Shown: positions 44,846 through 54,382 of the stretch, piece by piece | How the letters are laid out: the number at the start of each line of letters is the position of its first letter | How positions within the stretch are numbered: the stretch's first letter is position 1 | NCBI GenBank assembly: GCA_944341075.1 | Contig: CALVLV010000004.1 | Coordinates: 3,829 to 67,828, forward strand | Source of the DNA: an uncultured Clostridia bacterium | GTDB taxonomy: Bacteria > Bacillota > Clostridia > Christensenellales > Borkfalkiaceae | Reading direction: 5' to 3' | DNA length: 64,000 nt | Position numbers and translations under genes: made by a program | The notes under the pieces: model-generated | What the model saw: the letters and a program-made list of their open reading frames with translations, nothing else | The model's database searches: none | What the model was told of the DNA's origin: nothing

Positions 44846-46047
44846 AAAATTGCCTTAAAAAAATACTGTATGTATCTATTGCAGTGCCCGCTCTCATGGC
44901 GGGCACTTTTGCTTGCGGCGGCGCGGGACGCCTTCCGCGCGGCACTCTCATCCAAGGGGTCAATGTGGGCGGCCTGCTGCCCGCGCAGGCCGTGCAGGTC
45001 GTGCGCGAGGCCATCAGGGCCGACCTCAGGCCCCGCAGCCTGAACATTTCGGCGCCGTGCGGGGACTATTGTTTCCGCTACCCCGAAATATCTTTCAGGG
45101 ATGACCTTAATTCTGTGGTCGGCGGCATAAAAAGGGCGGGGGAATACGGCTGCGCGGTGCAGTACTACCTCAACGGCTTTAACGACGTTGTTTCGGGCAT
45201 ATGTGACGCCCAATTCAGGCAGGCGCAGCCGCCTTACGCGCAATTCAACGGGGGAGAAGGCGAGGCGTTTGAATATTTTGAAGGCGTTTCGGGCGCCGTT
45301 GCCGACGAGGGCGCTTTGCGGCAGGATATCCTCGCTTCGCTCTCTTCGCGGACTTTCGGCGGAGAGTTCGAGCCCGTCGCGGTCAATGTTAAAAAGGTGC
45401 CCGCTGAAATATCTATGGAACAGGTCAGGGAGAACACTGCGCGGCTTTCGGCGTTCACCACCTATTTCGACTGCGAAAATTCTCCCCGCGTTTCAAACAT
45501 AAGGCTTGCAGGCGACAAGATCAGCGGCACAGTGATTGAGCCGGGCGAAAGCTTTTCCTTCAATGGCACCGTAGGGCCGCGCACCGTTAAAAACGGGTTC
45601 AAAAATGCAAAAGTGATCGAAAACGGCCGCTTTGTTTGCGGCATAGGCGGCGGGGTATGCCAGGTATCCACCACGCTTTACAACGCCGCGCTGCTCGCCG
45701 GACTCAAGGTCACCGAATATCACCCGCACAGCCTTGCGGTGAGCTACGTAAAACCTTCGCGCGATGCAATGGTAAGCGGCGAATACTGCGACCTGAAATT
45801 CTGCAACACTACTGATTGCCCCGTATATATACGCGTTTTAACAGGCCTGTATTACACCCGCTGCGAAATTTACGGCAAGAGCGACGGGGTGGAATATTCG
45901 CTGGAATCGGTGCTGCTCGGCGAAGAGAACGGCGGAGTGCAGAGCGAGTGTTACATGCTTGCCTCGTCTGACAGGGGCACCAGCCGCACCCTTCTGCGCA
46001 GGGACAGGTACAAGCCCGCCGCCGCGGAGGTTCCGCCCGAACAGTAG
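44842..46047 (+). CDS. VanW family protein (N-terminal signal/anchor)
   Basis: GGGVCQVSTTLYNAALLAGLKVTEYHPHS is the VanW core. The N-terminus is hydrophobic. There is a 4-nt overlap with the PHP gene. Confidence 0.8.
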   Translation: MKNCLKKILYVSIAVPALMAGTFACGGAGRLPRGTLIQGVNVGGLLPAQAVQVVREAIRADLRPRSLNISAPCGDYCFRYPEISFRDDLNSVVGGIKRAGEYGCAVQYYLNGFNDVVSGICDAQFRQAQPPYAQFNGGEGEAFEYFEGVSGAVADEGALRQDILASLSSRTFGGEFEPVAVNVKKVPAEISMEQVRENTARLSAFTTYFDCENSPRVSNIRLAGDKISGTVIEPGESFSFNGTVGPRTVKNGFKNAKVIENGRFVCGIGGGVCQVSTTLYNAALLAGLKVTEYHPHSLAVSYVKPSRDAMVSGEYCDLKFCNTTDCPVYIRVLTGLYYTRCEIYGKSDGVEYSLESVLLGEENGGVQSECYMLASSDRGTSRTLLRRDRYKPAAAEVPPEQ

Positions 46048-46064
46048 TATGTATGTGTTTTTAA

Positions 46065-46110
46065 GGCCGCGGGGCGCGCCTGCATTGTTGCAGGCGCGCC
46101 CCGCGGCTTT
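46065..46110 (+). terminator. Rho-independent terminator of the recF-PHP-vanW operon
   Basis: GCCGCGGGGCGCGCCTGCA-TTGT-TGCAGGCGCGCCCCGCGGC followed by TTTG. Confidence 0.8.
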
Positions 46111-46190
46111 GTGCCGCCTTTGCCTGTATACGCGCCTGCAAGGGCGTATACAGGCGCATATAAATGTATAAAATTTGTCGGGCTTTTTTA

Positions 46191-46219
46191 TTGAAATTTT
46201 GGTAAAAATATGTTACAAT
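46191..46219 (+). promoter_or_regulatory. Sigma-A promoter of asnS
   Basis: TTGAAA, a 17-nt spacer, then TACAAT. The ~110-nt leader has no T-box signature. Confidence 0.7.
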
Positions 46220-46333
46220 TTAACGTGGACATATAATTTAAAATTTTCGGGGCGCCGCCGCAGAAGTTTTTCGCGCGGCAACGGCGCGGCAAAATACCGC
46301 CGTTTCCGTCGGCCCGCCCCGCAAAGAGGCTTT

Positions 46334-47713
46334 ATGGAAAGAACTTACGTAAAAAGCATGTATGCCGACCCTTCGGCTTTCGGCGAAAAAAAGGTGACCG
46401 TCCGCGGCTGGGCGCGCACCGTGCGCGACGGCAAAAACTTCGGCTTTATAGAGCTGAACGACGGCACCTGCCAAAAGAACTGCCAGGTCGTGCTGGAAAG
46501 GGAAAAACTTTCCGACTACGAGCAGATAGTGCACTGCGGCGTAGGCGCCGCGCTCACCGTTACGGGCACGGTGGTGCTCACGCCCGAAATGCGCCAGCCC
46601 TTTGAACTGCACGCCGAGGAGGTGGTTGTAGACGGCGCGTCGCTGCCTTCGTACCCCCTGCAAAAAAAGCGCCATTCGCCCGAATTTTTGCGTGAAATTG
46701 CCCACCTGCGCCCCAGGACAAACCTGTTCGGCGCGGTGTTCCGCATACGCTCGCAGGCGGCGTTCGCCATTCATAAATTTTTCAACGACCGCGGCTTTGT
46801 CTACGTTCACACACCCATAATCACCGGTTCGGACTGCGAGGGCGCTGGCGCAATGTTCAGGGTGACCACGCTGGAGCCGGGCGAAACCGACCTTTCAAAG
46901 GACTTCTTCGGCAAGCGCGCCGCGCTCACCGTATCCGGCCAGCTCGACGTGGAAACGTTCGCCATGGCATTTTCGAACGTATATACCTTCGGCCCCACGT
47001 TCCGCGCCGAAAACTCCAACACCGCGCGCCACGCCGCCGAATTCTGGATGATAGAGCCTGAAATGGCCTTCTGCGACCTCTCGGGCGATATGGACGTCGC
47101 CGAGGCCATGGTAAAATCCGTTGCCGAATATGTGCACGAAACGTGCGCGTTCGAGGTGGAGTTCCTCGCAGAGAGGGTGTGCCCCGAGCTCGTGTCGCGC
47201 TATGAAGCGCTCAAGGGCGGCGACTTTGTCCGCCTGCCATACACTCAGGCCATAGACATACTCAAAAAGGCGGCAGAGGGCGGCCACAAGTTCGAATATC
47301 CCGTAGAGTGGGGGTGCGACCTGCAGAGCGAGCACGAGCGCTACCTCACCGAAACGGTGTATAAAAAGCCGGTGTTCCTTACCGACTACCCCAAGGAGAT
47401 CAAGGCCTTCTATATGCGCCTCAACGACGATAAAAAGACGGTCGCCGCGGCAGACCTGCTCGTGCCCGGCATAGGCGAACTCGTCGGCGGCAGCCAGAGG
47501 GAGGAGAGGCTTGAAGTGCTTGAACAGCGCATGGCCGAGTGCGGCCTTAAAGCCGAAGACTACGAATTCTACACCGATTTAAGGCGGTACGGCGGCTGCG
47601 TTCACTCCGGCTTCGGCCTGGGCTTTGAAAGGCTTATCATGTACCTGACGGGCGTGGCGAATATAAGGGATGTAATACCCTTCCCCCGCACAGTGGGCCA
47701 CCTGGAGTACTGA
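46334..47713 (+). CDS. asnS: Asparagine--tRNA ligase
   Basis: [24 protein letters not shown] and [17 protein letters not shown] are class IIb AsnRS motifs. AAAGAGG lies upstream of ATG 46334. The track start at 46175 overlaps the promoter. Confidence 0.93.
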   Translation: MERTYVKSMYADPSAFGEKKVTVRGWARTVRDGKNFGFIELNDGTCQKNCQVVLEREKLSDYEQIVHCGVGAALTVTGTVVLTPEMRQPFELHAEEVVVDGASLPSYPLQKKRHSPEFLREIAHLRPRTNLFGAVFRIRSQAAFAIHKFFNDRGFVYVHTPIITGSDCEGAGAMFRVTTLEPGETDLSKDFFGKRAALTVSGQLDVETFAMAFSNVYTFGPTFRAENSNTARHAAEFWMIEPEMAFCDLSGDMDVAEAMVKSVAEYVHETCAFEVEFLAERVCPELVSRYEALKGGDFVRLPYTQAIDILKKAAEGGHKFEYPVEWGCDLQSEHERYLTETVYKKPVFLTDYPKEIKAFYMRLNDDKKTVAAADLLVPGIGELVGGSQREERLEVLEQRMAECGLKAEDYEFYTDLRRYGGCVHSGFGLGFERLIMYLTGVANIRDVIPFPRTVGHLEY

Positions 47714-47721
47714 TTACTTAC

Positions 47722-47846
47722 AAACGCTTTTGATAAGCGGCGCAATACTGTGTCGCGTTTACGGGTATGTTCGGTCACTTACCTCAAAGTAAGCTTCCTC
47801 ACATCTTCCGCACGCTCCTTGTCTTGCTTGCTTCTGAAAAGCGTAT
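47722..47846. repeat. Long imperfect hairpin related to the core module
   Basis: AAACGCTTTTGATAAGC (47722-47738) pairs with GCTTCTGAAAAGCGTAT (47830-47846). The interior TCGGTCACTTACCTCAAAGTAAGCTTCCTCAC resembles the TCGGTCACCGC-hairpin-CTCATCTCAC segment of the type I core. Confidence 0.45.
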
Positions 47847-47924
47847 ATTTGTGTGTGTGGTGGTTTTGTGTACTGCTCGCATCTCCAAGGTCATTATGTT
47901 CGTAGGCGTTGCGGTATATAAGCA

Positions 47925-48076
47925 AAAATTAATAAAATTAAATTAATCTAATTTGCGCAAGCAGGGTGAATTTGCCCCAATTATACTATATGAGAGCCCT
48001 TAAGATTGGGGCAAGGGGGAGCTGGCTCCCCAAAATCACGAAGATTTTACGGCGGCACCAGCCGCAAAATCTGTGA
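47925..48076 (+). repeat. Composite repeat, type I short form, including H copy 7 (48036-48076)
   Basis: AT-rich terminus AAAATTAATAAAATTAAATTAATCTAATT, GCGCAAGCAGGGTGAAT, and the L hairpin (47968-48014; stem GCCCCAATT/GATTGGGGC). These are followed by G GGGGAGCTGGCTCCCC (48016-48031) and H TCACGAAGATTTTACGGCGGCACCAGCCGCAAAATCTGTGA. H ends 9 nt before the plsX ATG. Confidence 0.9.
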
Positions 48077-48085
48077 GGTATTTTG

Positions 48086-49117
48086 ATGATTAAAATTTTA
48101 GTTGACGCAATGGGCGGCGACAATGCGCCCGCCGCGCCTGTAGAGGGCGCCGTAAAGGCCCTTGAGGCCGATAATGAAGTTTACCTCATTCTTGCAGGAA
48201 AGCAGGAAGTAATTGAGGAAGAGCTGAAAAAATACACGTACGATAAGTCCCGCATAGAGATAATGGACTGCCGCGACGTGATAGACATGAACGATATCCC
48301 CACCGAGGCCATACGCAAGAGCGAATCGTCGCTCGTAAAGGCTTTCCGTGCGCTCAAGGCGCAGGAAGATATCGCAGGCCTGGTCACGGCAGGTTCCACG
48401 GGTGCCACAATAGCCGCAGGCCAGCTGCTTCTGGGCAGAATACGCGGCATAAAGCGCCCCGCGCTCTGCCCCGCCATACCAAACATACGCGGCGGGTATA
48501 CTCTGCTGTGCGACTGCGGCGCCAATGCCGAGTGCAAGCCCTCTATGCTCTGCCAGTTTGCAGTGCTCGCCTCTGCCTATGCCGAGGCAGGTTTCGGCAT
48601 AAAGAACGCCAAAGTGGGCCTTTTGAATAACGGCACCGAAGAGCACAAGGGCGACCCCCTGCACCAGCAGACATACCAGCTGTTGAAGAAGATGGACGTT
48701 ATAAACTTCGGCGGCAACATCGAAGGGCGCGACATAATGATAGGCGACTGCGACGTTGCCGTGGCCGACGGCTTTTCGGGCAATATCGCCCTCAAGTCTA
48801 TCGAGGGGTGCGGCAAGCTGATACTCTCCGTGCTCAAAAAGGAGGCTACAAGTTCGCTCTCCTCAAAGATAGGCAGCCTGTTTTTAATGAAGGGCTTCAA
48901 GCGCATGCGCTCCCGCCTCGATTTCGAGGCCGTGGGCGGCGCCCTTCTCCTCGGCGTAAAAAAGGTGGTAATAAAGAGCCACGGCTCCTCAAAGGCGCGC
49001 ACTATAACCGCCGCCGTGCAGAATGCCGCCGCCATATACCGCGGCAACCTTATAGGCAAGGTGGAAAGCATGCTCGCCTCTGTCGACTGGAACAACCTCA
49101 TACCCAAAGATGAGTGA
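48086..49117 (+). CDS. plsX: Phosphate acyltransferase PlsX
   Basis: MIKILVDAMGGDNAP and the conserved GFSGNIALKS. The start is ATG 48086, since 48083 is a TTG one codon upstream. Confidence 0.93.
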   Translation: MIKILVDAMGGDNAPAAPVEGAVKALEADNEVYLILAGKQEVIEEELKKYTYDKSRIEIMDCRDVIDMNDIPTEAIRKSESSLVKAFRALKAQEDIAGLVTAGSTGATIAAGQLLLGRIRGIKRPALCPAIPNIRGGYTLLCDCGANAECKPSMLCQFAVLASAYAEAGFGIKNAKVGLLNNGTEEHKGDPLHQQTYQLLKKMDVINFGGNIEGRDIMIGDCDVAVADGFSGNIALKSIEGCGKLILSVLKKEATSSLSSKIGSLFLMKGFKRMRSRLDFEAVGGALLLGVKKVVIKSHGSSKARTITAAVQNAAAIYRGNLIGKVESMLASVDWNNLIPKDE

Positions 49118-49754
49118 AATAAGCGCAAAAGAGCTTGCCATTATCGAAAGGGAGCTCGGCTACAAATTTAAAGACAGGCAGCTTCTGGCGCTTGCGCTCA
49201 CCCATTCGTCGGCGTCCCATTCGCGCAACTACGAGCAGCTGGAGTTTTTGGGCGACTCGGTAATTCAGCTTATAGTCACGCACTTTTTATACAAAAAGGG
49301 CGGCAGCGAGGGCGAAATGACGGCGCAGCGGCAAAAACTTGTGTCGCACGCTCCGCTCAAGTGCGCGTCGGAAGAACTGCACCTGCCCGAACACATAGTA
49401 AAGGGCGTGCCCGACGTGGGCGAAAAGGCGCTGTCTTCTGTATACGAGGCGGTGTGCGGCGCGGTGTTTTCAGATGGCGGCTATGCCGCCGCAGAGCAGT
49501 TCGTTACGCGTACGCTGCTCGCCGCGCACATCTCTGCGCCCCGCAACTACAAGGGCGACCTGCAGGAGTATGTGCAGGGCAAGGGAGAGGATCTGCCCGA
49601 ATACAACACAGGCCGCAGCGGCGGCACTTCAAACAAGCCCGAATTTGTGTGTAACGTAATAGTGTGCGGCAAGAGCTTTACGGGCACGGGAGGAAGCAAG
49701 GCCGAGGCCGAGCGCAACGCCGCTAAAAGCGCCCTAAAAAGCCTTAAAAAGTGA
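49110..49754 (+). CDS. rnc: Ribonuclease III
   Basis: LALTHSSA, the NYEQLEFLGDSV signature, and the C-terminal dsRBD (KAEAERNAAKSAL). There is an 8-nt overlap with plsX. Confidence 0.93.
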   Translation: MSEISAKELAIIERELGYKFKDRQLLALALTHSSASHSRNYEQLEFLGDSVIQLIVTHFLYKKGGSEGEMTAQRQKLVSHAPLKCASEELHLPEHIVKGVPDVGEKALSSVYEAVCGAVFSDGGYAAAEQFVTRTLLAAHISAPRNYKGDLQEYVQGKGEDLPEYNTGRSGGTSNKPEFVCNVIVCGKSFTGTGGSKAEAERNAAKSALKSLKK

Positions 49755-49782
49755 TAATTTTCGCGGCGCGTACCGCGTTATT

Positions 49783-49890
49783 TGCCGCATATATGCGTGG
49801 CAATTTTAAAAGTTACGGGTTTGCCGTCCGGCAAACGTGATAAGTGATGAGTGATAAGTTTGCCCTGTCGGGCAAACGTGGTGGGGGGGA
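49783..49890 (+). repeat. Q module, long version
   Basis: TGCCGCATATATGCGTGGCAATTTTAAAAGT plus two hairpins, GTTTGCC-GTCC-GGCAAAC and GTTTGCCC-TGTC-GGGCAAAC, interleaved with GATAAGTGATGAGTGATAAG. Confidence 0.75.
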
Positions 49891-49916
49891 TTTGCCCTAT
49901 GTGGAGCAATGTGCTT

Positions 49917-50085
49917 TTGTCATTTCAGCTTGGCGCATTTATATGTCATTGACGCTATTGCGCCTACGGCGAACAATAGCTATTCCGTCGCTTCGCTCCT
50001 TACGACCGAGCGGCAGCGAGTGGAGAAATCTCAAAATAAGAGATCTCTCCATGCGCTCATTACATTCGCTTAGTCGAGATGATAG
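49917..50085. mobile_element. Inverted S-long / S pair (MITE-like)
   Basis: The left part contains TGTCATTGACGCTATTGCGCCTACGGCGAACAATAGCTATTCCGTCGCTTCGCTCCTTACGACCGAGCGGCAGCGAGTGGAGAAATCTC, which matches the reverse complement of 59276-59370. The right part, AGATCTCTCCATGCGCTCATTACATTCGCTTAGTCGAGATGA, matches the reverse complement of the S copy at 40722-40762. Confidence 0.7.
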
Positions 50086-50122
50086 GGGTCATTTTTTTAA
50101 TAATCTACGTACGCGCGAATAG

Positions 50123-50205
50123 TTTCCCGCAGTAAAGTTCAGCGAGCCGGCGCGAGCGCCCGGAACTTTACAAGAAATAACTTTTTTGCGACAACGAATT
50201 TAAAA
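50123..50205 (+). repeat. U module copy 1
   Basis: TTTCCCGCAGTAAAGTTC..GGAACTTTACAAGAAATAACTTTTTTGCGACAACGAATTTAAAA, a long hairpin GTAAAGTTC/GAACTTTAC. The second copy is at 56819-56901. Confidence 0.75.
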
Positions 50206-50509
50206 TTACTTATGTGCGCAAGGCGAATTTAGTTCGCCGTTAAGCGGTCGCCTCGTGCCTCGTTGGTCGGCTCCGCAACGCCTCACGCTTTGCTCGGCAT
50301 GTTGCGGTTTCTCCGCGGCACACGAACAGCGGGTATCCGCTGTTCTACAGAACGTGCCGCTCGTCCCTATTTGCTGCGGTCAGCAGGCTCACCAAATGGG
50401 GAATTGCCCCAATTATAATATAAGAGAGCCCCTGAAATTGGGGCAAGGGGGAGCTGGCTCCCCTAAATCACGGAAAAAGATTTGCGTCACCAGCAAAGAT
50501 TTTTCGTGA
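50199..50509 (+). repeat. Composite repeat, type II, including H copy 8 (50468-50509)
   Basis: Terminus TTTAAAATTACTTATGT, V module (50250-50400, ~90% identical to 54777-54927), L hairpin (50401-50446), G (50447-50463) and H TCACGGAAAAAGATTTGCGTCACCAGCAAAGATTTTTCGTGA. H ends 13 nt before the smc ATG. Confidence 0.9.
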
Positions 50510-50522
50510 ACAAGGTCATTTT

Positions 50523-53500
50523 ATGGTTACATTCAAACAAATCGAACTCGTCGGGTTCAAGTCCTTTGCGGACAAAACGGTGATCCCCTTTACAGACGGC
50601 GTCACCTGCATAGTCGGCCCCAACGGGTGCGGCAAGTCAAACGTTGCCGACGCCATCCGCTGGGTTCTGGGCGAACAGTCCGCCAAGATGATGCGCGGCT
50701 CCCAGATGCTCGACGTCATCTTCAATGGCACCGAAAAGCGCCGTCCCACAGGCTTTTGCGAGGTAACTCTGTCGTTCGACAACACCTCGCGCATATTCAA
50801 CATAGACTGCGACGAGGTAGAGATGACCCGCCGCCTGTACCGCAACGGCGACAGCGAATATCTTCTGAACCGCCAGCCTTCGAGGATGAAGGTGCTGACG
50901 GGCCTTTTGCATGGCGCGGGCGCCGCGAAAGAGGGCTACTCCATAATCGGCCAGGGCCGTATAGAGATGATAATGAACGCCAAGCCCGAGGACAGGCGCT
51001 CTATATTTGAAGAGGCTACGGGCATTTCGGTGTTCAAGGAGCGCAAGGCCGACGCCGAACGCAAGCTTGCCGCCGCGCGCGACAACCTGTATGTGTTCCT
51101 GCAGCGCATGCACGAGGTAGAGCGCCAGCTCGCCCCTGCCGAAAAGGCTGCAGAGAGCGCCATAAAGTACGAAGAACTGTACGCAAAACTGCGCACGTCA
51201 GAAATAAACACCTACATATACCAGCACGACACCAGCGCCGAGCGCAAGCAGAAGATAAACGACAAGATAGAGGCGTTTTCCGCCGAGCTTGAAAAACTTG
51301 CCGCCCGCCTTGAAGAGGTGCAGAGCGAATACGAGCGCTGCCGCGACGAGCTGAACGGCGCCGACGCCGAGCTTGCCGAACTCAACGAAAGGCGCCTGCG
51401 CTACACGGTGGGCATACAGCAGAAGACGGGCGAAGGCAAGGTGTTGCAGGAAAAGGCCAATTCGGTAAAGGAAAAACTGCGCGCCGCGCACGAGGACGTG
51501 GCCTTTTCTACCCAGCGCATAGACGAGATAGAAAAGGAGATACGCCGCACCGAGGCGTACGCCGCCAAAAACACCGAGCGCGCCGAAAAACTCGCCGCAC
51601 AGTGCGCCGCCGCTGAGACCGAACTTTCGGAACTCTCCCGCGAGATAGGCCAGTTCGAGGCCATGAACGACGAGAACAGAAAGAAGGTGATGGATACCTT
51701 CCGCGACCTTTCCGACCTGAACAAAAACATGGGCTCTATAGAGGCCCAGCGCGAACTTTTAAACGAGCGCCTTGCCGAAGTGCAGGCCACGCTTGCCGAA
51801 ATACGCGCCCTGCGCGAAGGTTACAAGGCCGACTACGACGCCAGCTTGCAAAAGCACGGCGAAATTTCCGACTTCATCGCCTCGGAAAACGAGACCATGG
51901 AGCGCGCGCAAAAGGCCGTGCACGAGGCCGAGGAGGCCGTGCAGAACTATACCCGCCGCGCCTACGACGCACGCTCGCAGATAGCCAGCTTGAACGACAG
52001 CCTCTCCACCGTAAAGGCGCTGCGCGACAGGTTCGACGGCTACATATATTCCGTAAAACGCCTTATGACCGACGCCAAGGCGTACCCGGAAATTTCCTCA
52101 AAGATACAGGGCCTCATCGCCGACATAGTTTCAACTTCCGGCGATTATGAGGTAGCCATAGAGACGGCGTTCGGCGGCGCCATGCAGAACGTAGTCACCC
52201 GCACGCGCGAGGACGCGAAGTTCCTCATCGAACACTTAAAGCGCACGCGCGGCGGCCAGGTCACCTTCCTGCCAGTGGAGGCGCTCGCTCCCCGCACCGA
52301 GGGGCCCAGTATACGCTCCGCCATAAAGGAAAAGGGCGCCATAGGCTTTGCCGTGGAGCTTGTGGAATACGATAAAAAGTACGATAATGTAATAAGATAC
52401 CTCTTGGGCAACACGCTCGTCTGCGACAATATAGAGAGCGCCACAATAATCTCCCGCAGGTATCCCCGCGCGTTCAAAATAGTTACGCTTGACGGCGACG
52501 TTATAAACAGCTCTGGCTCTATGACGGGCGGCTCGCGCAAGGACAACGCGGGCAACCTGCTTGCAAACGAGCGCAGGATAAAGGAGATAGAGGAGAACAT
52601 CTCCGAAAAGAAGGGCGCGCTCACCCGCGCCGAAAACATGCGCGAAAAGTCGCAGCGCGAACTTGAAGAGCGCACCGCCGAGCTTGACAGCCTGCGCGAA
52701 CGCTTCCATAACTCGCGCGCAGAACTCGCCGCCAACGAGCAGCTGTCCGACAGCCTGTTAAAGCAGCTCTCTTCTGAAGAGAGCAGGCTTTCGGTATTTT
52801 CGCAGACCGAACAGATGATAACCTCAAGGCTTGCCGCGCTCGATGACAAGTACAGCGAAACCACCCGCGGCGCAAGCGACCTGAACGAGCGCTCTACCGA
52901 GGCTTCCACCGCCATAGAGAGCATTTCCACCCAGTACGACGTGTTGGTAAAACAGCGCAACGACAAGCTTGAGGCGCTGAATGCCGCCCGCGTGGAAAAG
53001 GCGTCTTTGGACGCGGCAGTCAAGTCGAATAAGGAGAACACCGAAAGGCTGAGCGCCGAAAAGGAAGACCTGATCAAAAAGATAGCGCGCATCCGCGCAA
53101 GCATACCCGACATAGAGCGCGAGCTGGAGGAACTCAACCGCCAGGCGGAAAATTCCGTGCTCACCGCCGAGGAACAGGCCGTGGTGGACGACATCCGCGA
53201 CCGCATAACCAAGGTAACGGAGAGCAAAACGGCGCTCAACGAGCGCATCAAGCAGCTGGATATAGAGCGCTTCGACATAGGCAAGCGCACGCAGGAGCTC
53301 ACCGACAGGCGCAACGGCCAGCAGATAGCGCTCACAAAGCTGGAGGCCGACCTCGAAAATATGCAGCAGCGCATACTTGAGGAGTACGGCGAGGAGTACG
53401 AAGGCTGCCTCAAGTACAAGGTGGACGACTTCGACATAGCCTCCGCGCCCGCGCAGACTGCCTCGTTAAAGCGCCAGATAACCATGCTCGGCTCAATAAA

Positions 53501-54122
53501 CCCCAACGCTGTTGCCGAATACAGGGAGATAAAGGAGCGCTACGACAAGATGGCCGAGGACAAGGCCGATATGGAAAAGGCCATAGACGACCTCAACAAG
53601 GCGCTTGACGAAATAAGGCAGGAGATGCTGCGCATCTTCAACGAGGGCTTCGATAAAATAAACGAAAACTTCAAGCTCACCTTCAAGGAGCTGTTCGGCG
53701 GCGGCAGGGCAGAACTTCAGCTCGACTACACCGACTGCGAAGATCCCCTTGACGCGGGCGTTGAAATAGTTGCCTGCCCGCCCGGCAAAAAGCTTACCAA
53801 AATTTCCCTTCTTTCGGGCGGCGAACGCGCGCTCACGGCAATTGCCATTCTGTTTGCAATAATAGGCATGCGCCCCATGCCCTTCTGCGTGCTGGACGAA
53901 ATTGAGGCCGCGCTCGACGAGGCAAACGTAGGCAGGTATGCAAAGTACCTTAAAAAGTTCTCGTCGGAAACGCAGTTCATAGTAATTACCCACCGCAAGC
54001 CCACAATGGAAAATGCCGACAACCTGTTCGGCGTAACCATGGAGGAAAAGGGCGTTTCAAAGATAGTATCTGTAAAACTTTCCGAGGTTGAAAGCAGGCT
54101 CGGCGGCGACACTGTTATGTAA
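50523..54122 (+). CDS. smc: Chromosome segregation protein SMC
   Basis: FKSFADKTVIPFTDGVTCIVGPNGCGKSN (Walker A), long coiled coils, a hinge (~52100-52500), LSGGERALTAIA (signature) and FCVLDEIEAALD (Walker B). 1199 aa. Confidence 0.95.
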   Translation: MVTFKQIELVGFKSFADKTVIPFTDGVTCIVGPNGCGKSNVADAIRWVLGEQSAKMMRGSQMLDVIFNGTEKRRPTGFCEVTLSFDNTSRIFNIDCDEVEMTRRLYRNGDSEYLLNRQPSRMKVLTGLLHGAGAAKEGYSIIGQGRIEMIMNAKPEDRRSIFEEATGISVFKERKADAERKLAAARDNLYVFLQRMHEVERQLAPAEKAAESAIKYEELYAKLRTSEINTYIYQHDTSAERKQKINDKIEAFSAELEKLAARLEEVQSEYERCRDELNGADAELAELNERRLRYTVGIQQKTGEGKVLQEKANSVKEKLRAAHEDVAFSTQRIDEIEKEIRRTEAYAAKNTERAEKLAAQCAAAETELSELSREIGQFEAMNDENRKKVMDTFRDLSDLNKNMGSIEAQRELLNERLAEVQATLAEIRALREGYKADYDASLQKHGEISDFIASENETMERAQKAVHEAEEAVQNYTRRAYDARSQIASLNDSLSTVKALRDRFDGYIYSVKRLMTDAKAYPEISSKIQGLIADIVSTSGDYEVAIETAFGGAMQNVVTRTREDAKFLIEHLKRTRGGQVTFLPVEALAPRTEGPSIRSAIKEKGAIGFAVELVEYDKKYDNVIRYLLGNTLVCDNIESATIISRRYPRAFKIVTLDGDVINSSGSMTGGSRKDNAGNLLANERRIKEIEENISEKKGALTRAENMREKSQRELEERTAELDSLRERFHNSRAELAANEQLSDSLLKQLSSEESRLSVFSQTEQMITSRLAALDDKYSETTRGASDLNERSTEASTAIESISTQYDVLVKQRNDKLEALNAARVEKASLDAAVKSNKENTERLSAEKEDLIKKIARIRASIPDIERELEELNRQAENSVLTAEEQAVVDDIRDRITKVTESKTALNERIKQLDIERFDIGKRTQELTDRRNGQQIALTKLEADLENMQQRILEEYGEEYEGCLKYKVDDFDIASAPAQTASLKRQITMLGSINPNAVAEYREIKERYDKMAEDKADMEKAIDDLNKALDEIRQEMLRIFNEGFDKINENFKLTFKELFGGGRAELQLDYTDCEDPLDAGVEIVACPPGKKLTKISLLSGGERALTAIAILFAIIGMRPMPFCVLDEIEAALDEANVGRYAKYLKKFSSETQFIVITHRKPTMENADNLFGVTMEEKGVSKIVSVKLSEVESRLGGDTVM

Positions 54123-54128
54123 AATGGT

Positions 54129-54150
54129 GCGCACCTTGATTGCGGTGCGC
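54129..54150 (+). terminator. Short stem-loop after smc
   Basis: GCGCACC-TTGATTGC-GGTGCGC, with no U-run. Confidence 0.35.
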
Positions 54151-54172
54151 TGCCTTCCCCAGCCAAGGGGAG

Positions 54173-54227
54173 GCTTCCGTCGCCTGCGGCTCCTTACGAC
54201 CGAGCGATAGCGAGTGGAGAAATCTTG
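54173..54227 (+). repeat. S-long module, 3' part
   Basis: CCGTCGCCTGCGGCTCCTTACGACCGAGCGATAGCGAGTGGAGAAATCTTG. It is preceded by the X-like CCTTCCCC-AGCCAA-GGGGAGG hairpin (54153-54172). Confidence 0.7.
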
Positions 54228-54260
54228 AAAAATCCCTCAGTCAGGCTGTTGCCTGTCAGT

Positions 54261-54361
54261 CGTCATTTCGACTGTAGCGAACGAAGTGAGCGGAATGGAG
54301 AAATCTCGTTGTTTTTTATTGAGATTTCTCCGCGCGGGCTTTGCCCTTGGTCGAAATGACA
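54261..54361. mobile_element. Inverted pair of S modules (101-bp hairpin / MITE-like unit)
   Basis: CGTCATTTCGACTGTAGCGAACGAAGTGAGCGGAATGGAGAAATCTC-GTTGTTTTTTATT-GAGATTTCTCCGCGCGGGCTTTGCCCTTGGTCGAAATGACA. Confidence 0.75.
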
Positions 54362-54382
54362 GGTAATATAACCGGTACGAAA

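Noticed and set aside
46220-46333. T-box riboswitch upstream of asnS
   Set aside because: The leader is only ~110 nt. It lacks the AGAGA/GNUGGUA T-box and specifier-loop features.
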